Positions 1 through 14,017 of a stretch of 64,000 nt of DNA are shown piece after piece; within the stretch, counting starts at the first letter, position 1; every line of letters starts with the position of its first letter. This stretch comes from the human T2T-CHM13v2.0 reference genome, Homo sapiens. The stretch is from assembly GCF_009914755.1 (NCBI RefSeq), contig NC_060940.1, one strand, 5' to 3'. The notes below the pieces were generated by a model that was not told the DNA's origin, did no database searches, and worked only from the letters and a program-made list of their open reading frames with translations. The translations under genes were made by a program, and so were the position numbers.

Positions 1-6
1 GTAAGA
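1..6 (+). other. Possible 5' splice donor (GTAAGA) at the first base of the window
   Basis: Matches the GTRAG donor consensus exactly at position 1. The upstream exon is outside the window, so this cannot be confirmed. Confidence 0.4.
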
Positions 7-289
7 AGCCAATTAGGCTATTTGAGAATTTGAACCAAAAGACACAGCTACTCTTGTGAGGTGGTATTGGGTGCTATTGAATGTAACTGTTGATAAGGGT
101 AGGCTCAAATCTCCCATGTGGTGTTTTTCTCTGGGTGCCATTTAGAATCAGGTTTGGGGTGACCATTTTTTCATTCTGCAAGCCTGCTGAGGCAGGAAAA
201 GCCAGGCTGCAGAGAGAAGTGTTCAGAATATAATAGGCCCAGAGAGCGAAGCTGAGACAGAGCTTATGTGGCTTGTGGCAGCGGGGAGT

Positions 290-888
<599 letters not shown>

Positions 889-1729
889 TGATTCTCAGTT
901 AGAGTCCTCTTTAGCTCAGGCTACTTTGAGGGATTTCTGTTTCTTATCACCAAATGCTATGTGATTAAGATAACCAGTGCTCTTGGTTGTTGGTTTTGGC
1001 TTCTGTTCATAATTCCTACATTGGTACCCATTCTACTTGGCTGTTGGTGTTTTTTTAAAAAATGTAAATACTTGCTTCTTAACATTGGTTTTGGAGTTCT
1101 AGTCCATCTGGGGCTCTTCATATGGGACCTGGCATACATGTAATCCCAGGTTTTTCAGCCCAGGGGCCCCTGGCCTTCCTACCAATTTTCCCTTGTCACT
1201 CCATGGCCAGTGCACTCATCCCCACCTCTTTAAGCTTCCTTTATCTTGGAGCCTCTAGCATCAAGGAAATGAGCAGAGGAGGTGCTGAGTGCCAGAAAGA
1301 AATGAAAGGTACATTCAGTATCTGCTGTGTAAAAATTGAAGCCCCTGTAATGTATAAAATCATCTTCCTTGTGGAGGACTTCACATTAAATTTCAGCTGC
1401 CTTTTACTTTACCCCCAAATATGAGCTCAGTTTGCTGAAGTTCTATGAACAGTCAAATTCTCTCTTATTTACTGATATTGTGTGAATAAAGCTGAATATC
1501 CAGGGGCAAGTTACTCCATGACGTGTCTCTCTCTAGAGGTGGGAAATGGGACACTTTCCTTAGATTAGAGCTGTGTTTAAGTCAGTAATCAGCTCTTGTA
1601 AGTGGTTCTTGAGGTGATCTTCAGAATATCAGGAAAGGATGCTTTTTTCTCCCCAGACAGGAGGGAAATTGGTTCTTGGGGTTTAAAACCTAGGGTTTTT
1701 GAAAGAGCTACTGGGCTTTAATAAGAACC

Positions 1730-2175
1730 ATGGGTGTCCTGATGGGTGCTGCCTGTGTGTTCTCCAGATAGCCTCTGATTCCTTTGGCATCCTCTGATTT
1801 CCTTGGCATGCTTCTGTGGGCCTTGCTTCTCTGTGACTCTTTGAAGGATTCTGGTGGGCTGCTGGAGCCACCCTATATGGGAGTAAGTCTGTACGGCCTG
1901 AGGTGCCTAAAGGGTGCAGGCATAGAAGAGCCCAGTTCTCTTGCCTCCAGTTGGAACAAACTCTGAAGCCTAATGTATGTCCAGAGCTCCCGACGGGATT
2001 AGGCTGAGGCCGAGACTTGCCCTGAAATTGTCCCTTGCTCAGTTTAGTTCCCTTCCCTGTCCTGCCCCTGAACCCACTCCCTCATTGGTTTATCCTCTGA
2101 GCACTTCCTGAATACTGTGTTATATATTACATGAATTGCACATTAATCCTCATCTCAGGATCTGCTTCTGGGCCC
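1730..2175 (+). mobile_element. ERVL solo LTR, LTR33-like
   Basis: cttgcctccagttggaacaaactctgaag...ccagagctcccgacgggattaggctgaggc...aatcctcatctcaggatctgcttctggg resembles LTR33; boundaries approximate. Confidence 0.6.
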
Positions 2176-2266
2176 CGTTTCCATCAAAAGGAGGTGGTGT
2201 TTTGTATATATCTATCAAAGCATTATGTTGTACACCACAAATATCTACACTATATCTGTCAACGAA

Positions 2267-2314
2267 AAATAAATAAATAAATAAGTAAATAAATAAATAA
2301 ATAAATAAATAAAT
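2267..2314 (+). repeat. (AAAT)n microsatellite, tail of a short old L1 3' fragment
   Basis: About 12 AAAT units with one interruption, following an L1-like terminus (attatgttgtacacc...). Confidence 0.85.
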
Positions 2315-3729
2315 GGAAGAGGTGTTGGATGGGAGAGGGTGTTGGAAAGAATACTGGCTCTGCAGATCTGGGATTTCTTGGAATTTCTCTGTTACCACTT
2401 ATTTCTGGTGAACCCTTCTCCAAGTTTCTGAAACTTGCTGAGTCTCAGTTTGTGCATCTGTGAAAAGAGAAGACTATGACCACCTTGAAAACTTGTGAGG
2501 TTGGACAAATCACCTGCCTGGTCCCTGGCACGCTGTGGGCACTCTATTACGTTTTAACTCTTGTTACCATTGGGCACTGAAGGGGCTGAGACTGGAGGCA
2601 AGGAGCTCATCCAGAAGTGAATTACCTAATAAAAGTAATGTTGAGTACCAGAAGAGAGGCCCCATGCTAAGATGTCATCATTTGTCTGCCATTTCTTCCC
2701 TAAGGGTTTGGGATGACAAACAGCTGGTGTTGTGACAATGTTGGCCTTACACCCAGATCTCCTGGAACCCTTTCACCATTTTTGTGGTCTGCAATCTTTG
2801 ACTTTCCTGTGCTTTTGCTTCCAACAGCCAGCACCAGTGGCTCTTTCTCAGAGGACTTTTCTGGATACTGGAGCTGCTTTATCTGTATATAAAGAGCCAG
2901 AAATGCCTAAGAGTTTGTATCCTGCTTCCAGGACAACTCTGAACTCATTACTCTTGTGTGCACAAATTTGAGAACCCTGCTGTCTTACCTAAGACCAGGC
3001 CAGCGGTGGGGCCGACTTACACTCCAGAGCACCCCTGTGGGATAAGATTGATGTTACCATCTGTGGGACTTCGATTAAAGGCCCCACGCTTCAGGGCTTC
3101 CTTCCTTTCTATGTGCTGTGTCACCTGCATCTTTACTGTATTTTTTTTCATAACTGGGAGTAGTTTTTAAATAAATTGCTCATATACAAACCCTCTTTAA
3201 GGATCTACTTCTACAGAACCCCATTGAAGATAGCCGGTATGTACAAGTATTTCCATAGTGGGTATTAAAATATTGAAATACTTCCTTTTTTTCCTTTGGA
3301 CACAGGGAAAGGGTCTCCCTCTTTCTTTTCCTCTTTCCTTCCTTCCCTTCTTGCTTTCTTGCTTGCTATTTGTGTGTGGTTGGGGAGACGAGGGTGAAGT
3401 ATTGTTTTTAGAAGTAATTTGGAGTTTCATTTCCGTTTAGAAAATGAATGAATTACTCTTTACAGCCACAAGTATTTTGTGTTTTGTGGAGCGGTAATTA
3501 AAATAATGGAAGTGTCCATCTTGATTCTCAAGAAAGTTTCCTTTGGACCTGTGTGGTGGTGGTAAAGGGAATTCAGGTGTGGTGAGATCATGAGCTCGGA
3601 GGTCTTTTCAGACTGGATATTGGAGGGGATGGCTGAATCCCACGGGGAAGATCCCACCCTCTGCAGAGTCAGGGAATCAGACTGTCTTTCTAGAATCCAT
3701 ACACCTAGCTTCCCAGAATTTAATAGTGG

Positions 3730-3960
3730 TAACAGCTAACATTTAGGAAACACTAACTGTACCAGCCATGGTTCTGAGGGTTTTCTCTTATTTAGTCCTG
3801 ACAATTCTACGAAGGAGAAGAAGTACAACCATTATCCCCAATTTAAAGATGAAAATACTGAGGCTTAGAGAGGCAAAGGAACCTGCCCAGGTTCATGTGG
3901 TTTGCAAGATCTGGAGTTAAAACCAGCCAGTCTGGCTCAAGGGCCTGAGCCCTTCACCAT
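3730..3960 (-). mobile_element. MIR SINE
   Basis: attatccccaatttaaagatgaaaatactgaggcttagagagg...cctgcccaggttca. Confidence 0.7.
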
Positions 3961-4330
3961 GACAGGGTACTTCTTCCTCTTCTCATTAGATGATATCACA
4001 CCTGAGTGAAATGTAGCTGTCTCTTCCATATCTGTCTTCTCCACTGCAGAGGAGGACAGGGACTGTTTCCTGGTCATCTCAATATTCCCAGTATCTGCCG
4101 AGGAACTGGCACAGGTAAATCAATGCTGAAGGGGGAAGAGAATTGTGGTCAGAGTGTTGTGTTGAGCCCTGGAACACCAAGAAGTCTTGATGGGGCTAAA
4201 GAGCTGTTGTCTTTCATCCTTTGTGCCTCTGTCCGTAGATCTATACCAAGTTTGCAGTTTCAAAAGGGTAAATTCCACTCTGAGAAAGGTTCAAATTGTA
4301 TATTTGGAGTAACTTCAAAAAAGCAATTAG

Positions 4331-4803
4331 TAATTGCCATTCTGACAGGTGTGAGATGGTATCCCAAAGGCATGGAATCAACCCAAATGCCCATCAATGA
4401 TAGACTGGACAAAGAAAATGTGATACATATACACCATGGAATACTATGCAGCCATAAAAATGAATGAGATCATGTCCTTTGCAGGGACATGGATGAAGCT
4501 GGAAGCCATCCTCCTCAGCAAACTAACACAGGAACAGAAAACCGAATACCACATGTTCTCATTCATGAGTGGAAGCTGAACAATGAGAACACATGGACAT
4601 GGGGAGGGGAACAACACACACCAGGGCCTGTCAGGGAAGCTGGGGGAGGGAGAGCATCAGGATAAATAGCTAATGCATGTGGGGCTTAATACCTAGGGCT
4701 GATAGGTGCAGCTAACCACCATGGCACACGTTTACCTATAAAACAAACCTGCACGTTCTGCATGTGTATCCCAGAACTTAAATAAACAAGAAAAAAGAAA
4801 AAG
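4331..4803 (+). mobile_element. 5'-truncated primate L1 (L1PA) with a short 5' inversion
   Basis: L1 ORF2 end, 3'UTR and A-tail; 13-bp TSD aaaaagcaattag at 4318-4330 and 4804-4816; 4331-4363 is antisense L1. Confidence 0.9.
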
Positions 4804-5463
4804 AAAAAGCAATTAGAGCTGCCATTTTGTTGAGTACTGGCTAGGTGCTACCAGGCACGATGCTAAACATTTTGTGTAATATAGATTCAGCTGTCCTTGT
4901 AGAGGCGGCAATGGAGGCTTCCATCCATGAAATAAGTAACTTGCTCAGGGTTACAATAGCTAGTATGTAAAGAAGCCATAATTCACCCCAGGGGGCTGGT
5001 CTCCAGTGTTCCTATTCTTGGATACTAAGCTATGCTACTTCTTTAAATACACCAATAATCAGATACCCAAAGAGGAAAAAGAATATGCAGGACAAGACAG
5101 CAAGACCCTGAAGCCAGGTCTCCAGATTCTTCACCATATCCCAAAGGCAGCAATGCACTGAGACTCCTGTGTCTCTAGGCTCCAGTCCAGATGGACCACA
5201 ACAGGCACTGTGACATTTCCAGATCAAATTCCCAGTGCCTCTTTGGAAGGTCCTTTTCTGGTAGTTTAAATTGTTAGTCAGTTAAATTCTTCATGGCTGT
5301 TGACACGTCAATACGCTTGACTTGAAGCTTACTCACCAGCCTGTCCAATTCAAATAACATTCTCCCGCAGGTCGTCCCCTTCTGCCAGTTGGATTTTTCA
5401 TCTCTGTCTTCATTCTACCACTAACAGATTTCTGCCCAGTGCCAAACCTCCAAACACCCGTGA

Positions 5464-5864
<401 letters not shown>

Positions 5865-6251
5865 TGTATCTGTTTTCTAAGAAAAAATAAAAAATTTAAA
5901 AAGAGGAGTACTTGTTAATGAAATTCGCCTGTTGTAAGTATTCACCTGAGTACTTACAACCTGCCAACACCTTGCTAAGCATTTTATTTGCATAATTCCA
6001 CTTACTGTTTACCACTCTTTGCAATAAGCACACGGTTATCTGTGTTTTGTAGATGGAGCCGCAGCAGCTCAGAAGATGAGGTAAGAGCTAGAAAGTGGCA
6101 TTGCTGAAACTTAAAGTGAGGGTTTTCAGACTAAAGATCCATTCTCTGAGCTTATAGAACCAGTAGATGCTTTGAAACAGAAATGAAAACTGCTTCTTTT
6201 ACCACCTAAAGATAATGACAATAGGAATTTGCTTTGTTTCCTTTTAGGCTG

Positions 6252-6518
6252 TTTTTTTGTTTTTTGTGTGTTTGACGATGTCAGGCTGGGGTGCCTGACC
6301 TCTGCCTGCCGGGTTCAAGTGATTCTCCTGCCTCAGCCTCCTGAGTAGCTGGGATTACAGGTGTGCACCACCCTGCCTGGCTAATTTTTGTATTTTTAGT
6401 AGAGATGGGGTTTCACCATGTTGGCCAGGCTGGTCTCGAACTCCTGACCTCAAGTGATCTGCCTGCCTCAGCCTCCCCCGGGTGTTGGGATTACAGGCAT
6501 GAGCCACTGCTTCTGGCC
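6252..6518 (-). mobile_element. AluS with right-arm deletions
   Basis: Left arm and linker intact; right arm degraded (tcaggctggggtgcctgacctctgcc). Confidence 0.9.
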
Positions 6519-6811
6519 AAACTCATTAATTTTTTATGAGTGTGGCTCTTTGGATTTTCTTCTGTTCTTTTCAGCCATTGACATGGGTGCATCATCTTCA
6601 GCTTGAAAGGTTTGGGACTGAGCCACCACTCCTGGCCCAGCCTGTTTTTTTCTAAGAATGTATGTCTACTTAAATAATTTTGTTCTTTGCTTTTTGTCAC
6701 ATACCATTTTTATTATGATTAGGTTTCCGTGTCATTAATTACTCATTAAAAGTAACATTTTAGACAAATACATAATATTCTATCATATGAACACACCATG
6801 AATTGTTATTA

Positions 6812-7549
6812 TTTTTCTTCGACTTTTGCTTTATGTTCAGGGGTCCATGTGTAGGATGTGCAGGTTTGTTACATGGATAAACGTGTGCCATGGTGATTTG
6901 CTGCACAGATCATCCCGTCGCCTGGGTGTGAAGCCGAGCACGCATTAGCTATTCTTCCTGATGCTCTCCCTTTGCACCCCTCCTGACAGACCCTGGTGTG
7001 TGTTGTTCCCCTCGCTGTGTTCATGTGTCCTCATCATTCAGCTCCCACTTATAAGTGAGAACATGCAGTGTTTGGTTTTCTGTTCCTGTGTCAGTTTGCT
7101 GGGAATGATGGCTTCTGGCTCTATCCATGTCCCTGCAAAGGACGTGATCTCATTTCTTTTTTATGGCTGCACAGTATCCCATTGTGTACACATACCGCCT
7201 TTTCTTTATCCAGTCTGTCATTGATGGGCATTTGGGTTGATTCCATGTCTTTGCTATTGGATGCATAGTGCAGCAGTGAACATACATGTGCATCTATCTT
7301 TATAATCAAATGACTTATATTCCTTTGGGCATATACCCAGTAACAGGATTGCTGGGCCAAATGGTATTTCTGCCTCTAGGTCTTTGAGGAATCACCACAC
7401 TGTCTTCCACAATGGTTGAACAAGTTTACACTCCCACCAACAGTGTAAAAGTGTTCTTTTTCTCAGCAACCTCACCAGCATCTGTTGTGTTTTGACTTTT
7501 CAATAATCACCATTCTGGCATGAGATGGTATCTCACTGTGGTTTTGATT
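6812..7549 (-). mobile_element. L1PA/PB 3' fragment
   Basis: Antisense L1 3'UTR and ORF2 end (gtgcaggtttgttacatgg...gagatggtatctcactgtggttttgatt); degenerate TSD catgaatt. Confidence 0.9.
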
Positions 7550-7620
7550 CACATCATGAATTATTTAACCATTTTATTATACTTGGACATTTAGGAGGTT
7601 TACAAGTTTTGCTTTTGGAT

Positions 7621-7845
7621 CAGCGATTCTCAATGCAGGTTTTGCCTCCTGGGGGACATGTGGCAATGTCTGAAGACCATTTTGATTATCAAAACTGGAG
7701 GTGGATGGGGGGTGGTGCTATTGGCATCTAGTGAGTAGAGAGCAGGGATGCTGGTATACATCCCACAATGTAGTGGGCAGGCCCCACAACAAAGAATTAA
7801 TTGTCTAGCCCCAAGTGTCAATTGTACTGTGGTTGAGAAACCCCA
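7621..7845 (+). mobile_element. MER20 (hAT-Charlie)
   Basis: gggggacatgtggcaatgtctgaagac...ggcatctagtgagtagag...ccccacaacaaagaatt...ggttgagaaaccc. Confidence 0.85.
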
Positions 7846-7849
7846 TTCT

Positions 7850-8280
7850 TAGATATACCATCATGATGAACATCTCTGCGCATTAAACCAAACATATTTC
7901 ACCCATAGCTTTTCTATGGTTTTCTTGGGATTGATTGCTAGAAGGGGAATTACTAACTCAAAGATTATAACTTCTTTGAAAGATCTTGAAACACAATATC
8001 AAATAGCTTTCCAGAAATACAGAAATATTATTCTTCCAACAACAGAATCTATTTCACCCCAGTCTTGCTAGCATGAAAAATTATTATAAGCCTTCGTTAA
8101 TTTGGAATAAAAACCCTCTGCTCTCTTGTTGTTTTAATTGGTATTCTTTTTGATTATTAAGGAGTTGAATACCTTTTTATATGCTTATTCATTGTTTGTA
8201 TTTATTCTGTGAATTATTAGTTCATGCCCCTCACCCATTTTTCTACTGAAGTTGTAAGGGATTTTAATTGATTTCTGGGA
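7850..8280 (-). mobile_element. Old L1M fragment (continues from ~6650-6800)
   Basis: Degenerate antisense ORF2-end motifs (ttgttgttttaattgg...ttgaatacctttttatatgcttatt). Confidence 0.55.
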
Positions 8281-9281
8281 AAGTTTTCCCTTTCAGATCT
8301 TTTTTTGTATTTCAAAGGCAACTCAGAACATACATTTTTGACTCATTATGCAAAACTTACTGAACATTGTTTGGTAAGAGCTGTCTAGTAGGATGATGAT
8401 GATGATTGTTAATATTTTGGAGCCTTTCCCCTGTCAGATATAGAGAGGTCATTTAAAGTTGATAATATTCTTTGAAGATGAAAACACCTTCACCTGGATG
8501 TAAACAAACGTCCCATTTTACTGAAGAGAAGGCTATGAAAGTACCTGAAGTTTGGAGTGTGAATTGAAAACAGAGAACTAAGAAGTTCAAGCATGTTCTT
8601 GAACTGACAAGGCCCTAGTCTCAGGCTCAGAAAACAAGTTATTGCAATTGCTGAATAATTACTCAATTAACGTCACTCTGTTCATTGCTCTATCAGAGTG
8701 GGTTGGAAGAGAGGAAGATGAGCTGAGTCAATCTTTTCTTCAGAGGAATTTAGAATGGCACAATTTTAAGAGTCGCAAGGGATCTTAGATGTGATCCAAG
8801 CCTGTGTGTTCAAAAGCATCCACCTTGTAGCACTCAGGTACCACCAAGATGATAAGTGGATACTGATAGATCCTTTTCCTTTTAATAGTCATGCATTTAT
8901 TTTTATGTACATTAGAAAAAAAATATATCCTTAGCTTATCCATCCGATGGGTTCACGGACATTATTGCTTAGGATGACACTAAAATAGATATTAAGTTTT
9001 AAAAAAAGTCATCTGTAACTTGCCTCAGTGTCTAGAAGGGTACCCAGCACATAGGTGCTCAACAAATATTTTGTTGAAGAAATGAATATAATTTAAAAAT
9101 ATGAAATAAGTAATAGTATGGGAGATACATAGATATTTCATAATAACAACTATCAAGGTTGTAGGATAATGATAAATTTGATGATAAGTTTAACGCTGAT
9201 AAGTTTGAGAAATAGCATTCTTAACACCCTTGTCTTCAGACAAGAAAACCAAGTCTCTCAGAAAGGAAAAACTTGCCTCAG

Positions 9282-9633
<352 letters not shown>

Positions 9634-10589
9634 TCACAAGATAAGAGCCAGAATCTGGTCTAGATTCCAGTTTTTCTGCCTCAGAGGCCAGTGTTCTTTC
9701 AGCCACAACAAAAGGCTGTTTTCCGCAATTTTATTACAGAGTTTTCTTCCTCACTTTTGTAACTGTAGGGTTGACATGTGTCACTCTGTCATTTTTGCTT
9801 TCGGAAAATGACAAGCGGTGTCTTGCATGTTTCAAAGGGCATGCATTACAGGGATGGTAACATTTACTGAATGCACACCATGTACTAGGCCATGACTGAG
9901 CACTTCACATGCTTTATCTCTTGGATTCTTCCCCACAGTGCTATGAGGTAGATACTAGTATTATCACCCCATTTTATAACTGGGAAAATTGAGGCATAGG
10001 AAGATTACGTCAAACTTCTAGCGTAGGATTGTCTGTGCAAACCATTTGGCACACACTGCTTTGGGACATACTCTTCATTTCCATCTTGGATTTTAAAGAC
10101 AGTTAATTTTTTGGTGTGTATTTATACCTCCTTCTCTAAAAGAGATGACAAGTTTCATGGTAGAGGTTGGGTAGAGAGGAGAATGGGTAGCATCGGCCTG
10201 TCCGTGAGGCTCCCAGGCACCTACCCTCATATATAAAAGGTTCAGATTTGAAATAAGGTTTGATTTTCTCCTTATTTTTGAGGCTGGGTTTGGTTGTAAA
10301 GAACAGGGCCATGACAAGTTTTGTTTCAGATCCTGAGAAATTACCTTTGAGTTTCCTCTAGAGCCAGCAACATAACACAGTAGTTAATTGCATGGACTCT
10401 GGAAGTAGATACAACTGGATTTGTATCTGGTCTATCTGGTCTCGGTTTTTCCTAGTGGCGTGACTTTAGGTGCATCATTCTACCTTTCTGAGCTTCAGTT
10501 TCCTTCAATCAATACATCTAGAGCAGGCATGATGATAAAATAAAATAACATAAAAAGCCCCTAGGTGCCCAGTAAAAGATAGCTTGGCA

Positions 10590-11360
10590 TTTGTTCAACA
10601 ACCAATTACTGAGCATCTACCATGGGCACTGTGTTCAATGCTAGTGACTTGGTGGTGGGCAAAATAGATTCAGCCCCTGCCTGCATGGAGTTTACCCTGT
10701 AGCAGGAGGCACACATCAAGCTGATATTGTAAGTACCCACTTATAATTTCAATCTGTAGTAAACACAGGTTAAGAGACTATTATGAGGAGTCCATTGAGA
10801 CCAGACAATCACAAAAGGCCATTCTGAGCAAGAGAATGTTAAGTTGAGATCTGGAAGGTGAATAGGAGGAAGCCCAGGTAGCAAGGAGAATGGGAAGGGG
10901 GTTCCAGGTGGAGGGAATAGCATCCAGGCAGAGGGAATGGCTGGGGGACAGGAAAGAGGGAGGAGAGTTAGGGGGACCTGAAGGCAGGCCAGTGTGGCTG
11001 CAGCAGGAGGGAGAGGGGAAAATGGAGAAAATGAAGTCAGAGACCCTATGGAGGTTTATAGACACCTGGCTAAAAACCCCAGAGCTAGAGAGATAAGGGG
11101 AAGCTTGTGTAAGGTTTTACAGATCAGGATATGGAATTTGGGTCTTTCCTGGGTGAAATAGGAATCAACTGGAAACAGAAGTTGTGAAAAGGTCATGTTG
11201 GCTGCTGTGTAGACGATTGGAAGGGCTGAGGGAGCCAGGGATAGTCGTTGGAAGGCTGTTGTAGACATCCAGTTGAGAGATGATGGTGTCTTGGACCAGA
11301 GTGTGAGCCACGGAAGCAGAGAGAAGTGAATGGACCTGGAATATGTTTTGGAGGTCACTG
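10590..11360 (-). mobile_element. L2 LINE 3' fragment
   Basis: ttgttcaacaaccaattactgagcatctac...ccaggtggagggaatagc...atgatggtgtcttggaccag; appears to resume at ~11760-12085 after an MLT1. Confidence 0.65.
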
Positions 11361-11399
11361 AGGCTGTCATTGTTCAGTGACATTGAACAATGTCTCCTC

Positions 11400-11752
11400 T
11401 CCTTTGAAAGACACTTCCTTACTCCACTGATGCTGGGCTTAGCCCCATGACGTGATTTGGTGATTGTAATATGAGCAGAACTGAGCAGAGGCTTTCAGAG
11501 GCCTTGTATGTGTCCACTGGCTTCTTGTGTTCCTGTTACTTGCCATGAGAATGACAAGCCCCAGATTTATGGTGGTGGTGGTAGTGGTGGTGGGTGGTTC
11601 TTCAGCCTGCCTTCTGGAAATAGGAAACAGGTGGCGAGGACCTGAATTTGACCTACATTCTGAGAATAAGCCCAGCAGAACTATAGTTGACTCACTGTGG
11701 TATCCAACCACTAAGATTTCAGGGTTGTTTGTTACTGCAGCAAAAACTGAGC
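11400..11752 (+). mobile_element. MaLR LTR (MLT1H/I-like)
   Basis: Ends aaccactaagatttcagggttgtttgttactgcagcaaaaactga, a typical MLT1 3' terminus. Confidence 0.6.
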
Positions 11753-12084
11753 CTAATGAAGGTAGGACTGGTGTAATCCGTTGGTCATGGTCAGGTATAT
11801 GATGTGATGGGTGAGGAAAATGGAGGTGGCAAGGATGTCCGTATCTTTGGCATAGACAGCTGGGTGGATAGAGGTCCCATTTACTATGATTAAGAAGACC
11901 AAGAATTCAGTTTTAGTCTTGTCAATCTGAGATACCTGTGAGGTTCCCAAGTGGAGATATCAAGTCCACAGATGAATATATGTGTTTTGGGCTCACAAGA
12001 GAGTTCTGGGCTAAAGATATGCTTTTTTATCGCATGTAAACAATATTCAAAGCCACAGGAGTGGATAAGCTTATTTGGGCCAGT

Positions 12085-12376
12085 ATTTTTTTTTTTAAAA
12101 TAAAAAAATTAATTAATTTTTTTAAACTTTTACTTTTTATGGGTACATAGTAGGTGTCTATATTTATGGGGTACATGAGATATTTTGAAACATGTGTGCA
12201 AGGTGTAAAAATCACATCAAGGTAAATGGGGAATCCATCCCCGCAAGCATTTCTCCTTTGCATTACAAACAATTCATTTACACTCTTTTAATTAGTTTTA
12301 AAAGTACAATTAAGTTATTATTGACTACAGTCTCCCCACTGAGCTGTCAAACAGCAGGTCTTATTCATTCTTTTTA
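12085..12376 (-). mobile_element. L1MA 3' fragment
   Basis: ttttatgggtacatagtaggtgtctatatttatggggtacatgagatattttg is an L1MA terminus. Confidence 0.85.
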
Positions 12377-13180
12377 GCTATTTGGGCTGGTACTTCTTGA
12401 ACTTTAATGTGATTTGATGCTTGCTGAGAAAGCAGGTGCCTTGGCCACACTCATGGAGAGGCTGACTCAATAGGCATCTGGTAGAACTCAAGAATTTACA
12501 TTTTAAGATTCTTCTTGGTGATTCAATGGTGGGGTTCTATAGACCACACTTTGAGAGACATGGGCCTAAGGAGGGATGTCTTAAACGCAAATGAGGGTGT
12601 CTTTTGAATGTTCATCTGGCATTCAGCCCAGCAGAAAGGATGTGCTCGGATTCTGAATTTCCTTCCACCTTCCCACTGTTAAGGTCCCTAAGCCTCAGAG
12701 GAATTCTCAAAGTAATCCTACAACAGAAAGATTTTAAGACAATTAGATCAAAACATGTTTGCATTCATTTCTAGGTATTTATTTATAAAGAAAATTCTGC
12801 CTTCAGATTTTAATTAGGCAGTTTTATCTCATTTATCCATTTAAGTGCTGCCTATATTGAGAGGCTTGAGGTCAAGATGCGTGTACGAAAGTCTTGAAAT
12901 TCCTGCTTTCATAATAGTGGTCACTCCGGCACATCATTGGCCAAAGCATGGACATACCCACGGCTCTGATGGTGCTTCTTGAGTTGTGGTTTGTGCCCAT
13001 GTCCCTGGTAATGCTTGTTGCATAATTCCCTGGAAATTGAAGGAGGGTGTAAATGAAGTCTCTTTGCTCTCAGAAAGCAGACAGCTCAGTTTTCTGGATC
13101 CAGGACACAAAGGGGTGATGTACACGTGCCTCTTTTTATCTGTTGCCAAAAGCTCAGATGCTTTTTGATGACAGTCTACA

Positions 13181-13430
13181 ACCAAAAGTTGCAAATTGGT
13201 GGCCTAGAAGGTGGATCTGTCTGGCAGATATGTTTGATTTGAGCTACACAATGTGTTTTTTTCAAATTAAATTAATTTCCAGCATTGAAAAACCGAGAGG
13301 CTTTATATAAGATCCAGATTTTTGGCTTCTCTTGAAGAAAAAAAATGTGAAGATCTGGCAGTGCCAAGCCCATTTTCCCACGTAGCAACCATCAGCTGGA
13401 GGTGAGTAGCAGCTGTCCCCTTTAAACAGG
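13181..13430 (-). mobile_element. MER103-like DNA transposon relic
   Basis: atccagatttttggcttctcttgaa is the reverse complement of the MER103 core; a related copy lies at ~26770-27400. Confidence 0.55.
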
Positions 13431-14017
13431 GCTCTGTTCCTCAGTTTGGCACAGGCCCCCAGAACACCCTCCTGAGCCTGATGCTCTGGCTGAGTGCTTG
13501 TTACCACTTACCATCTTTCCCAGGTCAGCTTGACTTGCTGACTTGCCCACTTTACCAGCATGGCCCCCAGGGTGACTACATTGCACATCTCCACTCCTAC
13601 AATTCATATCGTAGTCTGGATTTGTGCAGTGTTCAACTGTGCAACCGAACTCAGGAGTCTTGCTGGCTCCGCTGGATCAGTGGTTTTTAACCTGGGATCT
13701 ATGGGTCCTCAGGGTCTTTGGATGTGTCTCAAGGGTCCCATAGAGTTGAAGGGGAGATCTTGAGGGTAGAGCCTCCAAGGGGCCTTTAATTTCTTATCTG
13801 TAGTTCAAACAGAACAGCTTCCTCTAGGTCTGGTATTTTGGAATGGTGAATAATATTTTAATTTTAAAAAAAGTTTCGTGGCTAAGAAAATTCGAAAAAG
13901 ATGGATGCCAAAATTAGCTTTATATAAGTCACCCAAGTCCTTTGGGGAATAAAACCACTCAGCTTGCATGAAATTCACTTCTGCAGCCCCCAACTGCCAA
14001 ATCCTTAGGCTAGACTC

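Noticed and set aside
4984-4999. CTCF-like ccccagggggctg (also cccccagggggag near 63029)
   Set aside because: Mismatches at informative positions; too weak without data.
13395-13406. Strong donor motif GAG|GTGAGT
   Set aside because: Lies in a MER103-like relic with no convincing upstream acceptor or pyrimidine tract.
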